Below, piece by piece: positions 1 to 10,112 of a stretch of 64,000 bases of DNA. The DNA is taken from the NCBI GenBank assembly GCA_963842945.1, contig CAWJIM010000019.1, forward strand, positions 1 through 64,000. The letters are read 5' to 3'. The translations under genes were made by a program, and so were the position numbers. A model generated the notes under the pieces. The model saw only the letters and a list, made by a program, of their open reading frames with translations, searched no databases and was not told where the DNA came from. Position 1 is the stretch's first letter, and the number at the start of each line of letters is the position of its first letter. Origin of the DNA: an uncultured Gemmatimonadales bacterium (GTDB lineage: Bacteria > Gemmatimonadota > Gemmatimonadetes > Gemmatimonadales > GWC2-71-9).

Positions 1-81
1 CAGACGGTAGCGATCGGGGTCGGCCTGATCATTAGACCACAGACCACTCACTTACGGTATCGCCCAGCCGATTGGGCTCGT

Positions 82-624
82 TCAGTACCCCAGTGCCCCA
101 TCGAGAGTCAGCTCGCCCGCACCTGACCCCGTGATCAGATTGAGTCGTGTCGTGCCCACCACCTCCGCTGTGCCGTCCGCTGCCGCGAAGCGGCCGGTCC
201 CGCCAGTTAGATCCTGGACGGCCTCGAACGTCACCGTGGCGTCGGTGGGGTCCGTGAAGCTCAGCTCGGCGGTTCCGGTAAAGGTGAAGGCGAGCTCATC
301 GCCGTTCGCGGCCACGTACACGCCCGTGCCGCTGAGTGCACCAGTAGTCACGTCGACCGTTTGCGTCAGCACCGCCTGGGTAAGTCCGAGGTGCGAGAGG
401 TGGCAGGTGAGCTCGAAGTGCTGCACCTCGATCGGAGGAGGGACCAGCCTGGACACCGCGGTGGTGCAGGTGCCCGACAGCGGTCTCGCGGCCGAACTCG
501 AGGCCGGTGTGACACCAGAACCGGAGATGGCCAGGCCTTCAGAGGACGGGCCGGTACTCCGGTCGGCGGACGAGCAGGCAGCGAGGGCGGCCAGGAACAG
601 AGCCGTAGAGCGTGGGCGGCGCAT
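82..624 (-). CDS. Secreted lipoprotein, hypothetical
   Basis: ATG at 624 after GGAG; signal peptide with lipobox LAAC (MRRPRSTALFLAALAACSS); beta-rich C-terminus (ITGGTGRF-like). Confidence 0.7.
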   Translation of the reverse strand: MRRPRSTALFLAALAACSSADRSTGPSSEGLAISGSGVTPASSSAARPLSGTCTTAVSRLVPPPIEVQHFELTCHLSHLGLTQAVLTQTVDVTTGALSGTGVYVAANGDELAFTFTGTAELSFTDPTDATVTFEAVQDLTGGTGRFAAADGTAEVVGTTRLNLITGSGAGELTLDGALGY

Positions 625-936
625 GATGTGCTCCAAGGGAAGAAAGCAACAACATACGATCTGGTACAAGGCGGTGCCACAACCAGCACACCCACGCTAA
701 CGTCCGACATCGTCCGAGTGACCGGACTCTAGCCCCTTGGGCCAGCTACTTACCTGTGACACGGACCGGGGTCTGAAGAAGACAATGGAGGTGCCGTGCT
801 CTTGCTGGCCATATCATGAGCGCTCACGGACTAGGTATCGCAGCCATGACACACAGTTATTGCTAGGTTATACGGAGCCCTATTTTCGCCACTGATGGCT
901 GGGTCTCCGACGAACGATCTTAGACGGGAAGGCACT

Positions 937-1449
937 ATGCGCACTGGCACAACGACGCTGGTTATCCCCTTCATTTTGGTAGTCGTTGCATGCAGGAGCC
1001 CCCGTGACACCACGGCGGTCCGGGACAGTGTGGGCACTGGAGCCGCCAACAGCGTGGATAAACAAGGCGAGGAGCAGAAGATCCGCGGCCTGGAACAGCG
1101 CTGGCGTGAGGCCCTTGCAGCCAAAGACAGCGCGGCCGTGGGGCGATTCTATACTGAGGGAGGATTCTACTTGCCGCAGGGTAGCAACGGCTACAACGGA
1201 CCAGACCGCATCCGGAGCCGCTGGGCCCGCGAGTTCAGCGGCAGGGAATTCGATCTGGAACGAGAGCCTAGAAAGGTGGAGGTGGCTGACGCTGGCGACA
1301 TGGCCTACGAGGTGGGCACCTACAAGGTGAGCTGGGACAAGCCACAGAAGGGTCAAGGCGCGGGCAATTACGTAACGGTTTGGAAGAAGGAGAATGGGGA
1401 GTGGAAGACCGCTGCCTATATCTGGAATCGCGGCGAGGAACGGCCCTGA
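937..1449 (+). CDS. DUF4440/YybH (NTF2/SnoaL-like) lipoprotein
   Basis: Lipobox VVAC; motifs GDMAYEVGTY, GNYVTVWKK..GEWK. Confidence 0.8.
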   Translation: MRTGTTTLVIPFILVVVACRSPRDTTAVRDSVGTGAANSVDKQGEEQKIRGLEQRWREALAAKDSAAVGRFYTEGGFYLPQGSNGYNGPDRIRSRWAREFSGREFDLEREPRKVEVADAGDMAYEVGTYKVSWDKPQKGQGAGNYVTVWKKENGEWKTAAYIWNRGEERP

Positions 1450-1980
1450 GTTTGGGATCAGCAACAGCCTTCTGAGCCGAAGTTTTAAACGTGTTTAGAT
1501 CGAACACAGCCGCGGAAAGCTTTGCTCCCAACGACGCAACTTACGGGCACATTCGGCTTGTCGATGCCTAAGCCTTACCCCTGCCCCGTTGTGAACAACC
1601 TGCACGTTTTCATAGGGAAAGATGTGCAGGCTGCACGCGCCGAACCCCCAAAATGTGCAGGATGTTCAGATCAAGTTGGCACAAAAGTTCGCACAGCGGC
1701 CACGCTGAGCACCTCGCCTCGGGGAACCGCGCGCGACTGCCCTGTGGCTCGGGGGCCGCTTTTTGAGCCTTCCACTCGTGAGCCGGGGGGGGAGCCCATG
1801 CGCGGGGCGCTGCGGGCGGGTCGCGGGGCGGTCGTCGCCGGCAACTGCGCCGGAGTCGCCGCCTTCGCAGGCGATGATGTTAGGCCGGCGGCATTGGCCG
1901 GAAGGTGTGGCCAGTTCAGTAAGCCGCCGGATAGTCGCGACTGCGGCGGTGTTGTGACGGAGAGCAAGAGGCGGTAAGGG

Positions 1981-2913
1981 TCACTTCGCTGCCGCCCGCC
2001 GATAGACGCCATCCTCGAAACCGTCGAGTCCCATGATAAAGTTGTAGTCGACGCTCAAGGAATTGCCATTGATGGTGCCCGTTGCCTTCCATTGTGGCCG
2101 GTTTGCATCGAAATCGAAATTGATGGTCGAGTTCGTGTTCCCCCACGAATATCTTCCTCTAAGCTCGCCAGTGAAGTCCCCACCGTACTGCAGGGCGAAC
2201 GTGCCATCCTCGTACAAAAGATATTGGTCGAATCCGCCGTACGGATAGCCGAAAGGCATAACCCTGACGTACAGCCTCGGGTAGGTGCCGAGCTCGAAGA
2301 GGGTGACCTGCTGGGAGGCGGACCCCGCCTCCGCCAGGTTGTCGGTAACAGTGAGCGTGACCGTGTAGGTGCCTTCGTCCGTGTACTCGTGGACGGGATT
2401 CGCTTCGGTGCTGGTCCCGCCATCCCCGAAGTTCCAGGTATACGATGCCACCGAGTCACCGAAGTTGACGTCCGAGCTCCCATCGGTGAAAGTGCAGGTG
2501 AGATCGACGCAGGAGACCGAGAAATACGCCGTCGGGGGGACATTGGGTTCGTTTACCTCCACTTCTCTGCTGGCGGTCGCCGTTTCGCCATCGTCGTCGG
2601 TCACGGTGAGCGTGACGGTGAACAGGCCGCCGGGCGCGGCGTACGCGTGGGTTGCCTGCCTGGTGCTCGCATGGACACTGTTGTCGCCGAAGTCCCAGGC
2701 GTAGATGTCGATGGTGCCGTCGGTGTCGGTGCTGGTGTTGACGAAATTGCACTTGAGTGGCGCAGGTCCGCACTGGGCCGTAAATGCCGCGGTCGGTGCA
2801 ACATTCGATGGACCGTTGCCTGATGGACCATTGCCGAGACTGCTGGTATCGTCACCGCAGGCCGACAGAAGCCCGGTCACGATGATCAGGGGGAAAGCCG
2901 GCGCGAAGCGCAT
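1981..2913 (-). CDS. PKD-domain lipoprotein (two PKD repeats)
   Basis: Lipobox LSAC; two WDFGD/WNFGD...VTLTVTD PKD motifs. Confidence 0.9.
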   Translation of the reverse strand: MRFAPAFPLIIVTGLLSACGDDTSSLGNGPSGNGPSNVAPTAAFTAQCGPAPLKCNFVNTSTDTDGTIDIYAWDFGDNSVHASTRQATHAYAAPGGLFTVTLTVTDDDGETATASREVEVNEPNVPPTAYFSVSCVDLTCTFTDGSSDVNFGDSVASYTWNFGDGGTSTEANPVHEYTDEGTYTVTLTVTDNLAEAGSASQQVTLFELGTYPRLYVRVMPFGYPYGGFDQYLLYEDGTFALQYGGDFTGELRGRYSWGNTNSTINFDFDANRPQWKATGTINGNSLSVDYNFIMGLDGFEDGVYRRAAAK

Positions 2914-3188
2914 TGTGCTATCCTGGGCGAGAGGGAGCTACGGTCACGACAAGGTGGGCCTGAGATCGTTAAAATGTCGTGAATGGGCCCAGGATGCCTT
3001 CAGGCCAATCGTGTCGAGTCCCTGGGCTGGCCTGACTGAGGACAACCGCCAGCAGGACTAGATACTTCCCATAGAAAAGGTCACCTCCCAAGGTGACCCG
3101 GTTTGGGCCAGCTCTGCCTCGAAGGCGAGCATCTGGAGCCGCATCGGGGAGAGACCCGTCGGCGCAAAGGGGCAGCCTCGAGGGTGCC

Positions 3189-3455
3189 CTATAGACGGCT
3201 TGAGGGATCGGTTACACGCGAGCGCACGCCCGTCCAGGAAGACCCTCTCGCAGTCCCGCCCTGGAACTCAAAGTGCTCATCCGGGAGAGTGCGATTGCTC
3301 AGCATGTAGCCAGGGCTGGGCTGCACCGCGTGGTGCGCCAAGAGCCTGGCCGCAAGCTCAGTGGCTGTTTGCCAGACCATGGGGTCGAGGCCGGGGTAGA
3401 GGCTGGCGAACTCGGGCCGCAGCCGCACCAGACGAATCCTGCTATTGATCTGCAC
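3189..3455 (-). CDS. Small hypothetical protein
   Basis: GTG start after GAGGA; plausible protein (VRLRPEFASLYPGL...LPDEHFEF). Confidence 0.55.
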   Translation of the reverse strand: MQINSRIRLVRLRPEFASLYPGLDPMVWQTATELAARLLAHHAVQPSPGYMLSNRTLPDEHFEFQGGTARGSSWTGVRSRVTDPSSRL

Positions 3456-3517
3456 CGCTACTTCCTCAAGCCGTAGTGCTCGGTTGAAGCTTGTCGCGTC
3501 TGGCGTTCCTCACATCC

Positions 3518-3937
3518 CTAATTAGTCACTGTCACCGTCTGGCTTCCCCAGGAGGGCACACCCCGGCTCGTGGTAGCGGTCAGGACGACCGTACCGGTTC
3601 CCGGAGAACCCGTGTGGTAGGAAACAGATGTGGCCTGGGATGTGCCGGACGGCAGTATCATGCTTTGTGGAGTCCGTGCATTGATTCTAGTAATCGCACC
3701 GGTGCGCGAAGCCGTCAGAGTCAGCGTGAGCTTTACCCCGCAGTTGTTCTTTACCGTGAAGTTGGCTGTAAAATCCGAGTTCTTGGTTCTCGCCACTGCA
3801 ACAAGGTTGGGAATGGTGGCTCTCGGTGGACTGCACATCACTGCGAACTGTGGCTTGACATCTGTCGACGTAATGTCGGTTCCTGAACAGGCGAGTACGA
3901 CGGGCAATAGTAAGTAGAGCTTTGAGCGAGTTTGCAT
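3518..3937 (-). CDS. Lipoprotein with Ig-like domain
   Basis: GAGGA RBS; lipobox VLAC; Thr/Val-rich beta strands. Confidence 0.7.
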   Translation of the reverse strand: MQTRSKLYLLLPVVLACSGTDITSTDVKPQFAVMCSPPRATIPNLVAVARTKNSDFTANFTVKNNCGVKLTLTLTASRTGAITRINARTPQSMILPSGTSQATSVSYHTGSPGTGTVVLTATTSRGVPSWGSQTVTVTN

Positions 3938-4204
3938 CGTTAATCCTCGGTTTGAGGCCCGTTTGGACTTTCTGGGAGGAGCACCGAGGCTCGACCAAGG
4001 GGACCAGTGGCCGAAAGAGAGTAGAACTTCCTGGCAGTTGGCATAGCACCCAACCTAGGCTGTTGGCCCAGCTTGCACTAGGTCCTGTTTGGGAGATTGC
4101 AGGCCGCCTCTGATGGCGAACTTGGTGAGAACGACTGAATCAAATTGTTGGCTGACCACCAGCCGAGCCTCTGGAAAGGCGACCCCATTTTCCCACAGGG
4201 TACC

Positions 4205-4614
4205 TCATCCTCGAACAACCTTCTGGAGCTCCTCGCAAAGTTGGGGATTGGTCGGCCTCAGCTTACCCAGTCTGGCAATAGCCTCGCGATCCTTGCCATG
4301 GGGATCGCTTCGAAAGTTGATGATGCCGTCCCGGGCGAATGCAGTGAAGTAGACGATGTAGACCGGCAGCGGTTGCTCCAGGTAGTGCGAGGGTCTTAGC
4401 TGCGATCGCCCCAGCCAAGTCCGATGCGGCCGCCAAGACTACTTGCCGCTTTCCCAAGAGCGAGGCCTTCGGGACTGTGTATCGTAGAGGAGCCCGCTGA
4501 TGAGGACGTGGAGGTTTCCATAAAGCTAGGCTCAGGGGTGCACCCTGACAGCAGAAGTGCAGCGTAGAACGCTACAGCCGCCCTAATGTTCAGCTTCATG
4601 ATGATATCTCTCAT
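4205..4614 (-). pseudogene. L,D-transpeptidase (YcbB/LdtD-like) C-terminal remnant preceded by a lipoprotein 5' fragment
   Basis: 4387-4205 translates LEQPLPVYIVYFTAFARDGIINFRSDPHGKD..., resembling the YcbB C-terminus; out-of-frame signal peptide (LSGC) at 4396-4614. Confidence 0.6.
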
Positions 4615-4846
4615 TCTGGTTTAGTGGCCTGGTAACGGTAGCCCCTGAATCAGGGGAAGTCCCACCCGACTCATCATGACAAGGCGATCATAGGTCTCCT
4701 CGAGGAGCGAGAGTCGCCTGCCTGTTCCAACGATGCCTACGAATTCGTGACTGTAGCTCGCGTCGGAAGTCGCGCGTACCTATGAGATCGACCCTTGTGC
4801 GCTAGTGTCTCAAACGCTTCGATTGGGGGATCCATCGGCAGTCCGG

Positions 4847-5248
4847 TTAATCAGGTTCAGGGAAGCAGACTCCGGCTATTGTAACGCACAGCACCCCAAA
4901 GGTCGCCGCTGCGATACCCAGACCTACCAACGCAGTGTTCGTACCATTCACCCGGGGTACTTCCACATGGTCCACGTCCGATACAGCGACCGCGGTGCGC
5001 GGTTCTCGTTGCATTCCATAGTCGCCAACTGTGCCGTACAATGTGTCGCCCGAAATCTCGGGCTTCTGTAGCGTTATTCGGGAGCTATCCGACCGCGTAA
5101 CCCGCACGGCATTGGGATGCTGATTTTCAAGAACATCTGCTGGACTAGCTGATTGGACTTCCCAGGTACTACATCCGGGAAGGAAGGTGACCAGCTGCAC
5201 GAGAGCGAAGAATCTCTTTGCCGAACTGGAACGACAGAGCGGAGCCAT
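4847..5248 (-). CDS. Small lipoprotein with C-terminal TM helix
   Basis: GAGG RBS; lipobox LPGC; hydrophobic C-terminus. Confidence 0.65.
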   Translation of the reverse strand: MAPLCRSSSAKRFFALVQLVTFLPGCSTWEVQSASPADVLENQHPNAVRVTRSDSSRITLQKPEISGDTLYGTVGDYGMQREPRTAVAVSDVDHVEVPRVNGTNTALVGLGIAAATFGVLCVTIAGVCFPEPD

Positions 5249-5370
5249 GGGTTACCTCGGGTCGGGGTGCGGGCTGGTACCTGTTCTAGCGTACTGAGTA
5301 GGGAAATCGTGGGATGGGGCGGACTACCAATAAGTGATCTACGATCTCTTCATTCTCACCTACGCGGAGA

Positions 5371-5658
5371 TCACCCTCTCCCTCGCTGATGCCGAGAGAA
5401 TCTGCGGTATTGAGAACCAGGTGTCCTTCCTTCAAGGCAGTAGCCGTTTGAAGACGACCCTGGCCGAGTTCCTCCAACCACCTCTAGTGAGGATTGGCCA
5501 TTCACGGCTACACGGGCCGCGCCGGCCCCTCTACGGGCTGTAGGAATTGCCTGCCGTGTTGTCCACGTGTGAGTGCTTGGCGTGTAAACCAGCATGGTCT
5601 GTAGCACAGCCGCACCAGCCAGGAGAGGGAGCAGGATCAGGAGATTGCGATATGACAT
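5371..5658 (-). pseudogene. Kelch-repeat protein remnant (signal peptide joined to last repeat)
   Basis: Signal-like start, then VYTPSTHTWTTRQAIPTARRG...LEVVGG, a single Kelch-like unit. Confidence 0.5.
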
Positions 5659-5781
5659 GATCTCCCCGCCGAGAGTTAGTCCTGCATCCGCAGGAAGATG
5701 CGGTGTGCTTAGCCATATCTAGATCCGGATTGGATAGCTGTTCAAGAACAGCAGCCTACACCGTAAGGTTCTGCCACGCAG

Positions 5782-6363
5782 TCAGCCTCCGAGCGGCGTT
5801 ATGCTGACTCTCAGGTGTCGAACATCGGCGTTACCATTGCGGTCAATGGTGGTCCGGAAACTTCCACGCACCTTGAAGCCCCCCCTCGGCCCAGACGCAG
5901 TGCCCACCAGATTGGTCCCAAAGCTGTTGGTCCGCTTGAGACTTGCAAAGACGTCATTGTCGGTCCCGGTCATGTGTGCGCGACCAGTGGCGAGTGGTGT
6001 GGCGTCTGCAAGCTCGCAGAGGTCGTCGGAGATCTCGGCTGCTGAGTAGACAATCACACGAGGTGTCCCATGGTACGTGATCTTTGCCGTCCCGTCGGGT
6101 CGGATGACTTCCACAAATCTGACTTGATCCACAGCGACGTCCCCACCGTGGCAGAAGGCGGGAAACTGCTCGGGCCCAAGGCCGACAATCGCCACTAAGC
6201 CCCGTGATTCGTCTATCCAGTAGTCAAAGAATGGAACCGTGAATTGGCTGGCACTGAATGAGGGGGAGGGGACCTCAGCGGCCGGCGTCGGGCTTGTATT
6301 GTCGTTGCACGCCAGCGTGAGTGTACTCGCGAGCGTAGCGCATCCGAGAAGAAAAAACCGCAT
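5782..6363 (-). CDS. Secreted lipoprotein, hypothetical
   Basis: GGAGG RBS, ATG 6363; lipobox TLAC. Confidence 0.7.
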   Translation of the reverse strand: MRFFLLGCATLASTLTLACNDNTSPTPAAEVPSPSFSASQFTVPFFDYWIDESRGLVAIVGLGPEQFPAFCHGGDVAVDQVRFVEVIRPDGTAKITYHGTPRVIVYSAAEISDDLCELADATPLATGRAHMTGTDNDVFASLKRTNSFGTNLVGTASGPRGGFKVRGSFRTTIDRNGNADVRHLRVSITPLGG

Positions 6364-6990
6364 TTGGCCTCCGGCAGGGTTGGTCATCCGCATCCGAGGA
6401 CCAAGGGACGGACACTGGCTCCCCTTTCGGTAGCTCGGGGAATCGTGGGGTCCCCTCGTGGCGTGTTAGGCGTCGCGAGCTATTACAACTAGTTCCTTCT
6501 ACACCACTCACGCCCACTCGTGGCCCCCATACCAGGCGAGGCTGGCGATAGGCAAGTGCTCCCGGGAAGTCCCGGAGTGCCCTAGGTTCCTCCGCGAATT
6601 ATTTGAGTATGGGAGGATTAACTACAGGACAGTACTGACAACATACGAACGAAAATGGTCTGCACTGGCAAGAAATCGGTGGAGCGCAGTAGAATCCAGT
6701 TCGTTCTCCAAAGTATTTGAACTGCAACAATATACGCTATGTGTCAAGACTCGCAGTGCGCGGTGATTCAGAGCGCAATCACCGCGTATTGCGGAACACT
6801 TCAGGTGCGCGAGTTCCACCTGCACGTTGGCACGTTGTGTTGTGTATAGCCGAGGGTGGCATCCGGGAGGTTCGAATTGATGTCTGATGATGCTGCCGTA
6901 GGAGGCTGAGGCTATGCTAGAGGCTGACCCTTACGCTGCCCGAATCCGGATCCGATGATCAGGACCTTGTAACCTCACGACGCTTGGCGT

Positions 6991-8262
6991 TCAAATCACG
7001 AGATCCTCTATTGGGCGATACCACTCGAACCCGGGCTCGTGGTTCAGCAATTCTGCTGAGCCAGTGAGCGTTCTCCCTTTGTTTATCCATTTTTCCTTGA
7101 GCAGTTTCTGACCATTCTCGTCCACGTACGTGACGACGAGTTGCTCTGATCGAAACTCCAGCAGGGCAAACCCACAAAAACCTAGCCTGGTCCCATCGGC
7201 AGTTGCGGCGGCCTGTCGTTGATCCGAGAAGACGGCTGGATTGGGCTCTTTGTGCTTCCAGCCAATCTCGATCGGCATGCCGCCATGGCCGATACACCGA
7301 GCTCTCACCTTGGTACCTCTCGGTGAGAAGGCCGTGTAGCCGGCGAACCGATGCTCATGTCCCCAGAACCAGAGAGCGACTCGATCCAGATATGGTTGGA
7401 GCTGTTCGCCTATTGTGGGGTAGTCTCGGTCATCAAATGCGCTGAACCACTGATGATGGCTGAGAAGAATGGTTGGCCTGCGGTCTGCCGGATCTCGGAA
7501 GACAACGCGTTCGAGCCAGGTAAGATTCGCTGAGTCGAGCCTGGTCCTGTCGCCGAAGATGAAGGAAAGGACCTTCTTCAGTCCACGGGTGCAGTGGTAG
7601 CCCGTGTCGACCGCGACGATACGCCAGTAATCGTTCTCGAGGCAGAAATAACTGGTCTCTTGCTGCAGACCAGGGAGAGCGACATCGAAGTATCCGCGGC
7701 CGCCGCTGTACATCTCGTGGTTGGCGTTCAGAACATAGGTGCCACTTGCTGCATTAGTGCCACCTTGGTTGAGCTTTCCACGGGGCCAGCAGCCTGGGGC
7801 CATGAAGTAAGTCTGGTACTCCTCCTCGGTTCCGGAGTAGTACACATCGCCCAGATGAACAGTGACGTCCGGTTCCACCATGACAATCTGGTCTGCGACT
7901 TTATAGGCACTCGGAGTTCCCGTTCCCCAGTCAGAAGCAATTGCGACCAGAACGTCATTGGGGAGGCGATAGACTCCGGTGTGGCCCGTGCGGTATGCCG
8001 GGAGTGGGCGGCGGCTCTGAAAAATGTGCTTCAGGTACTCGTCCGCCCACCTGAGAATCGCGTGTCGGAGAAAAGCCACGCGCTCCCGGATGGTGCGCGC
8101 TGCAGGCTCGGTGGGCGCCAGCTCCACCGGTGGGCGAACTGGCCCATGTACGGCAACCTGTTCCTTGGCTGTACGCCAGAGGGAGCGTGCCGGTCCACGG
8201 GGGACGTTTTTTACTTCCTCAACGGATCGGACTCGCTGGCCGCTCGGCTCTTGAACTGGCAT
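6991..8262 (-). CDS. Calcineurin-like metallophosphoesterase
   Basis: Motifs SDWG, HLGDVYY, NHE, SHH, WGHEH. Confidence 0.88.
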   Translation of the reverse strand: MPVQEPSGQRVRSVEEVKNVPRGPARSLWRTAKEQVAVHGPVRPPVELAPTEPAARTIRERVAFLRHAILRWADEYLKHIFQSRRPLPAYRTGHTGVYRLPNDVLVAIASDWGTGTPSAYKVADQIVMVEPDVTVHLGDVYYSGTEEEYQTYFMAPGCWPRGKLNQGGTNAASGTYVLNANHEMYSGGRGYFDVALPGLQQETSYFCLENDYWRIVAVDTGYHCTRGLKKVLSFIFGDRTRLDSANLTWLERVVFRDPADRRPTILLSHHQWFSAFDDRDYPTIGEQLQPYLDRVALWFWGHEHRFAGYTAFSPRGTKVRARCIGHGGMPIEIGWKHKEPNPAVFSDQRQAAATADGTRLGFCGFALLEFRSEQLVVTYVDENGQKLLKEKWINKGRTLTGSAELLNHEPGFEWYRPIEDLVI

Positions 8263-8567
8263 TCGGCTGCTCGTGTCGGGGCTCCCATGACATTACTCGG
8301 CAAGCGACCACAGAATAGGACTGAATTGCGACAATGAGGGCCCGATTTGCGACAAGTGACTGTCACATTGTGAGATGGGCTGCGTTCATTCGCCGAAAGG
8401 GGAAGGGGAGCGCTTTCTCTGACAAGCGACTACCCATGGTCAACCAAGACGAGCAGTTCGTGTATCTGGTGGCTTGCGACCTCGGCAGTCCTTCGGTTAG
8501 AAGCCATGTTTACTCAGTTCCCATCGAAGAGATGGCGCGAATCAGCTAGTGGAACTTGGAGACAGGG

Positions 8568-8936
8568 CTAGTTTCGCTTCGGCAGCTCCTGAAGCGACCA
8601 CTTGTTGCCGTCGGGGTCGGTGATAGAAACGAAGCGGCCCCAGGGCTGCTCGTTGACCTCGCTGGCATCAATGCCGCGGCTGATCAGCTCGTTGCGAGCG
8701 GCATCGGCGTTGGCTACGACGAGAACGATCATATCGATCGAGCCGGGCTTGAGTTGAGTCAGGCCTTTGCCGATGCAGATTGAGCAAGCAGAGCCTGGCG
8801 GCGTCAATTGGACGAAACGCAGGTCCTCGCTGACGGTGTGATCGTGGTCGGGATTGAATCCTACCTTTTCATAATATGCCTTGGCGCGGTCTACATCCGT
8901 TACCGGTATCGCAATCAGTTCCAGTTTAAGATCCAT
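8568..8936 (-). CDS. VOC/glyoxalase family protein
   Basis: GGAGG RBS; IPVTDVDRAKAYY, VQLTPPGS, DPDGNKWSLQE. Confidence 0.9.
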   Translation of the reverse strand: MDLKLELIAIPVTDVDRAKAYYEKVGFNPDHDHTVSEDLRFVQLTPPGSACSICIGKGLTQLKPGSIDMIVLVVANADAARNELISRGIDASEVNEQPWGRFVSITDPDGNKWSLQELPKRN

Positions 8937-9074
8937 ATCTCCTCCCCGTATATGCCCTCGGCAAAGTATGCAACGACAAGTCCGGCGTAACAAACCGTAG
9001 CGAGCAGTCGCACAAGTAGAGAAGTCGCCCGATGAGCCGACGCGGTAGATTCTGAGAACCACACTGCGGAGTCG

Positions 9075-9101
9075 CCGCAGCTGATGCGCGGTACGTTAGG
9101 T
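9075..9101 (+). mobile_element. attC-like site, right half (ends GTTAGGT)
   Basis: CCGCAGCTGATGCGCGGTACGTTAGGT; GTTRRRY core at 9095-9101. Confidence 0.65.
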
Positions 9102-9143
9102 GGACGCAGAACATCTCGTGCGCACGACGCAGAAGGAAATCAC

Positions 9144-9581
9144 ATGCATATTCCGCACTCCGCCGTTCTCCCTTTGGTAGTTGCAGCCAGTGTCGCCTGT
9201 GCTAAGGAGCTCTCACAGCCAAAGCAGTCAGCCGCCGACACATATCAAGCAACACTCGTGGCTCGGCAGGCGGATGCGTATAACAGTCGGGATCTCGACG
9301 CATTCGTGGCCACATACAGTCCAGATATTGAGATGCGGACCCTAGGCAGCGATAGCGTGGAGGTGCGGGGGCACAAGGCACTACGTGAGGCCTACAAGTT
9401 TCTCCTGACAATGCCGAAAGAGTTCCATGCCACGACAGTACAGCGAATCGTCAGTGGACCGTTCGTGATAGATCGTGAGCACCTGGAGGGGCTCGCCGAA
9501 CCCGTTGCGTTCGACCCAGTGGTAATTTACGAGGTTCGCGACAGCCTCATCCGACGCGTTTGGTTTACTCCAAGTAAGTAA
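9144..9581 (+). CDS. NTF2/SnoaL-like lipoprotein (probable integron gene cassette)
   Basis: RQADAYNSRDLDAFVATYS...VIDREH...IYEVRDSLIRRVWF; lipobox SVAC; flanked by attC halves. Confidence 0.85.
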   Translation: MHIPHSAVLPLVVAASVACAKELSQPKQSAADTYQATLVARQADAYNSRDLDAFVATYSPDIEMRTLGSDSVEVRGHKALREAYKFLLTMPKEFHATTVQRIVSGPFVIDREHLEGLAEPVAFDPVVIYEVRDSLIRRVWFTPSK

Positions 9582-9593
9582 ATCTCTGTGGCC

Positions 9594-9619
9594 GACTAAC
9601 AAGCGCATGCAGCTGACGG
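9594..9619 (+). mobile_element. attC-like site, left half (truncated)
   Basis: GACTAACAAGCGCATGCAGCTGACGG, complementary to 9075-9101 with two bulged bases. Confidence 0.65.
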
Positions 9620-9935
9620 TATGACTTGGAAGCCCAGGGAGGACGTTGACCAGAGTGGCCGCGAGTGGATGAAGGCCAGAGGGCTGGGAGGTCACCCGCG
9701 CCAACTATGACTTCGAGCGGAAGGGCCCACGGGTGGCGGCACCATGTTCGGGGTGGCCCTCCCCTACCGGATCAGCCGCCGCGTGCTTGAGGATTATCCC
9801 GCGTTCATTTATTCTGACATGCCGAATGTCAACCAACCATCAACATTCCGCCGTGTCTTCGGGGCAAGCGGATTCACGGAACTTTCACGATGGCCACTAA
9901 GCTTGCGACGTGTCCCTAACCCGCAGGAGGATCAA

Positions 9936-10112
9936 ATGGATAAGCAGAAGCGTGTCGCGATTCAACTGACTGAGGCGCAGAAGGCGCAGGTCAGGGTCGC
10001 CACTGGCAAGGATGCTGAAACGGTTGAATTAAGTGTTGAGGAACTCGAAGAGCGCATTGCGCCGTCCAAGCAGAGTGTCACACCGAGAATCGGCCCTCGA
10101 GGCGGTCTCTGA
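9936..10112 (+). CDS. 58-aa RiPP-precursor-like peptide (ELSVEELEERIAP motif)
   Basis: AGGAGG at 9925-9930, ATG 9936; MDKQKRVAIQLTEAQKAQVRVATGKDAETVELSVEELEERIAPSKQSVTPRIGPRGGL. Confidence 0.75.
   Translation: MDKQKRVAIQLTEAQKAQVRVATGKDAETVELSVEELEERIAPSKQSVTPRIGPRGGL

Noticed and set aside
665..681. Sigma-54 promoter TGGCAC...TTG upstream of the first lipoprotein
   Set aside because: Spacing is one base short and the -12 GC is missing
6465..6471. Further attC cores (GTTAGGC here; GTTACGC on the minus strand near 8990)
   Set aside because: No complementary partner arm found
9744..9935. N-terminal 64 aa of the 122-aa ORF
   Set aside because: The strong AGGAGG before ATG 9936 points to the shorter start
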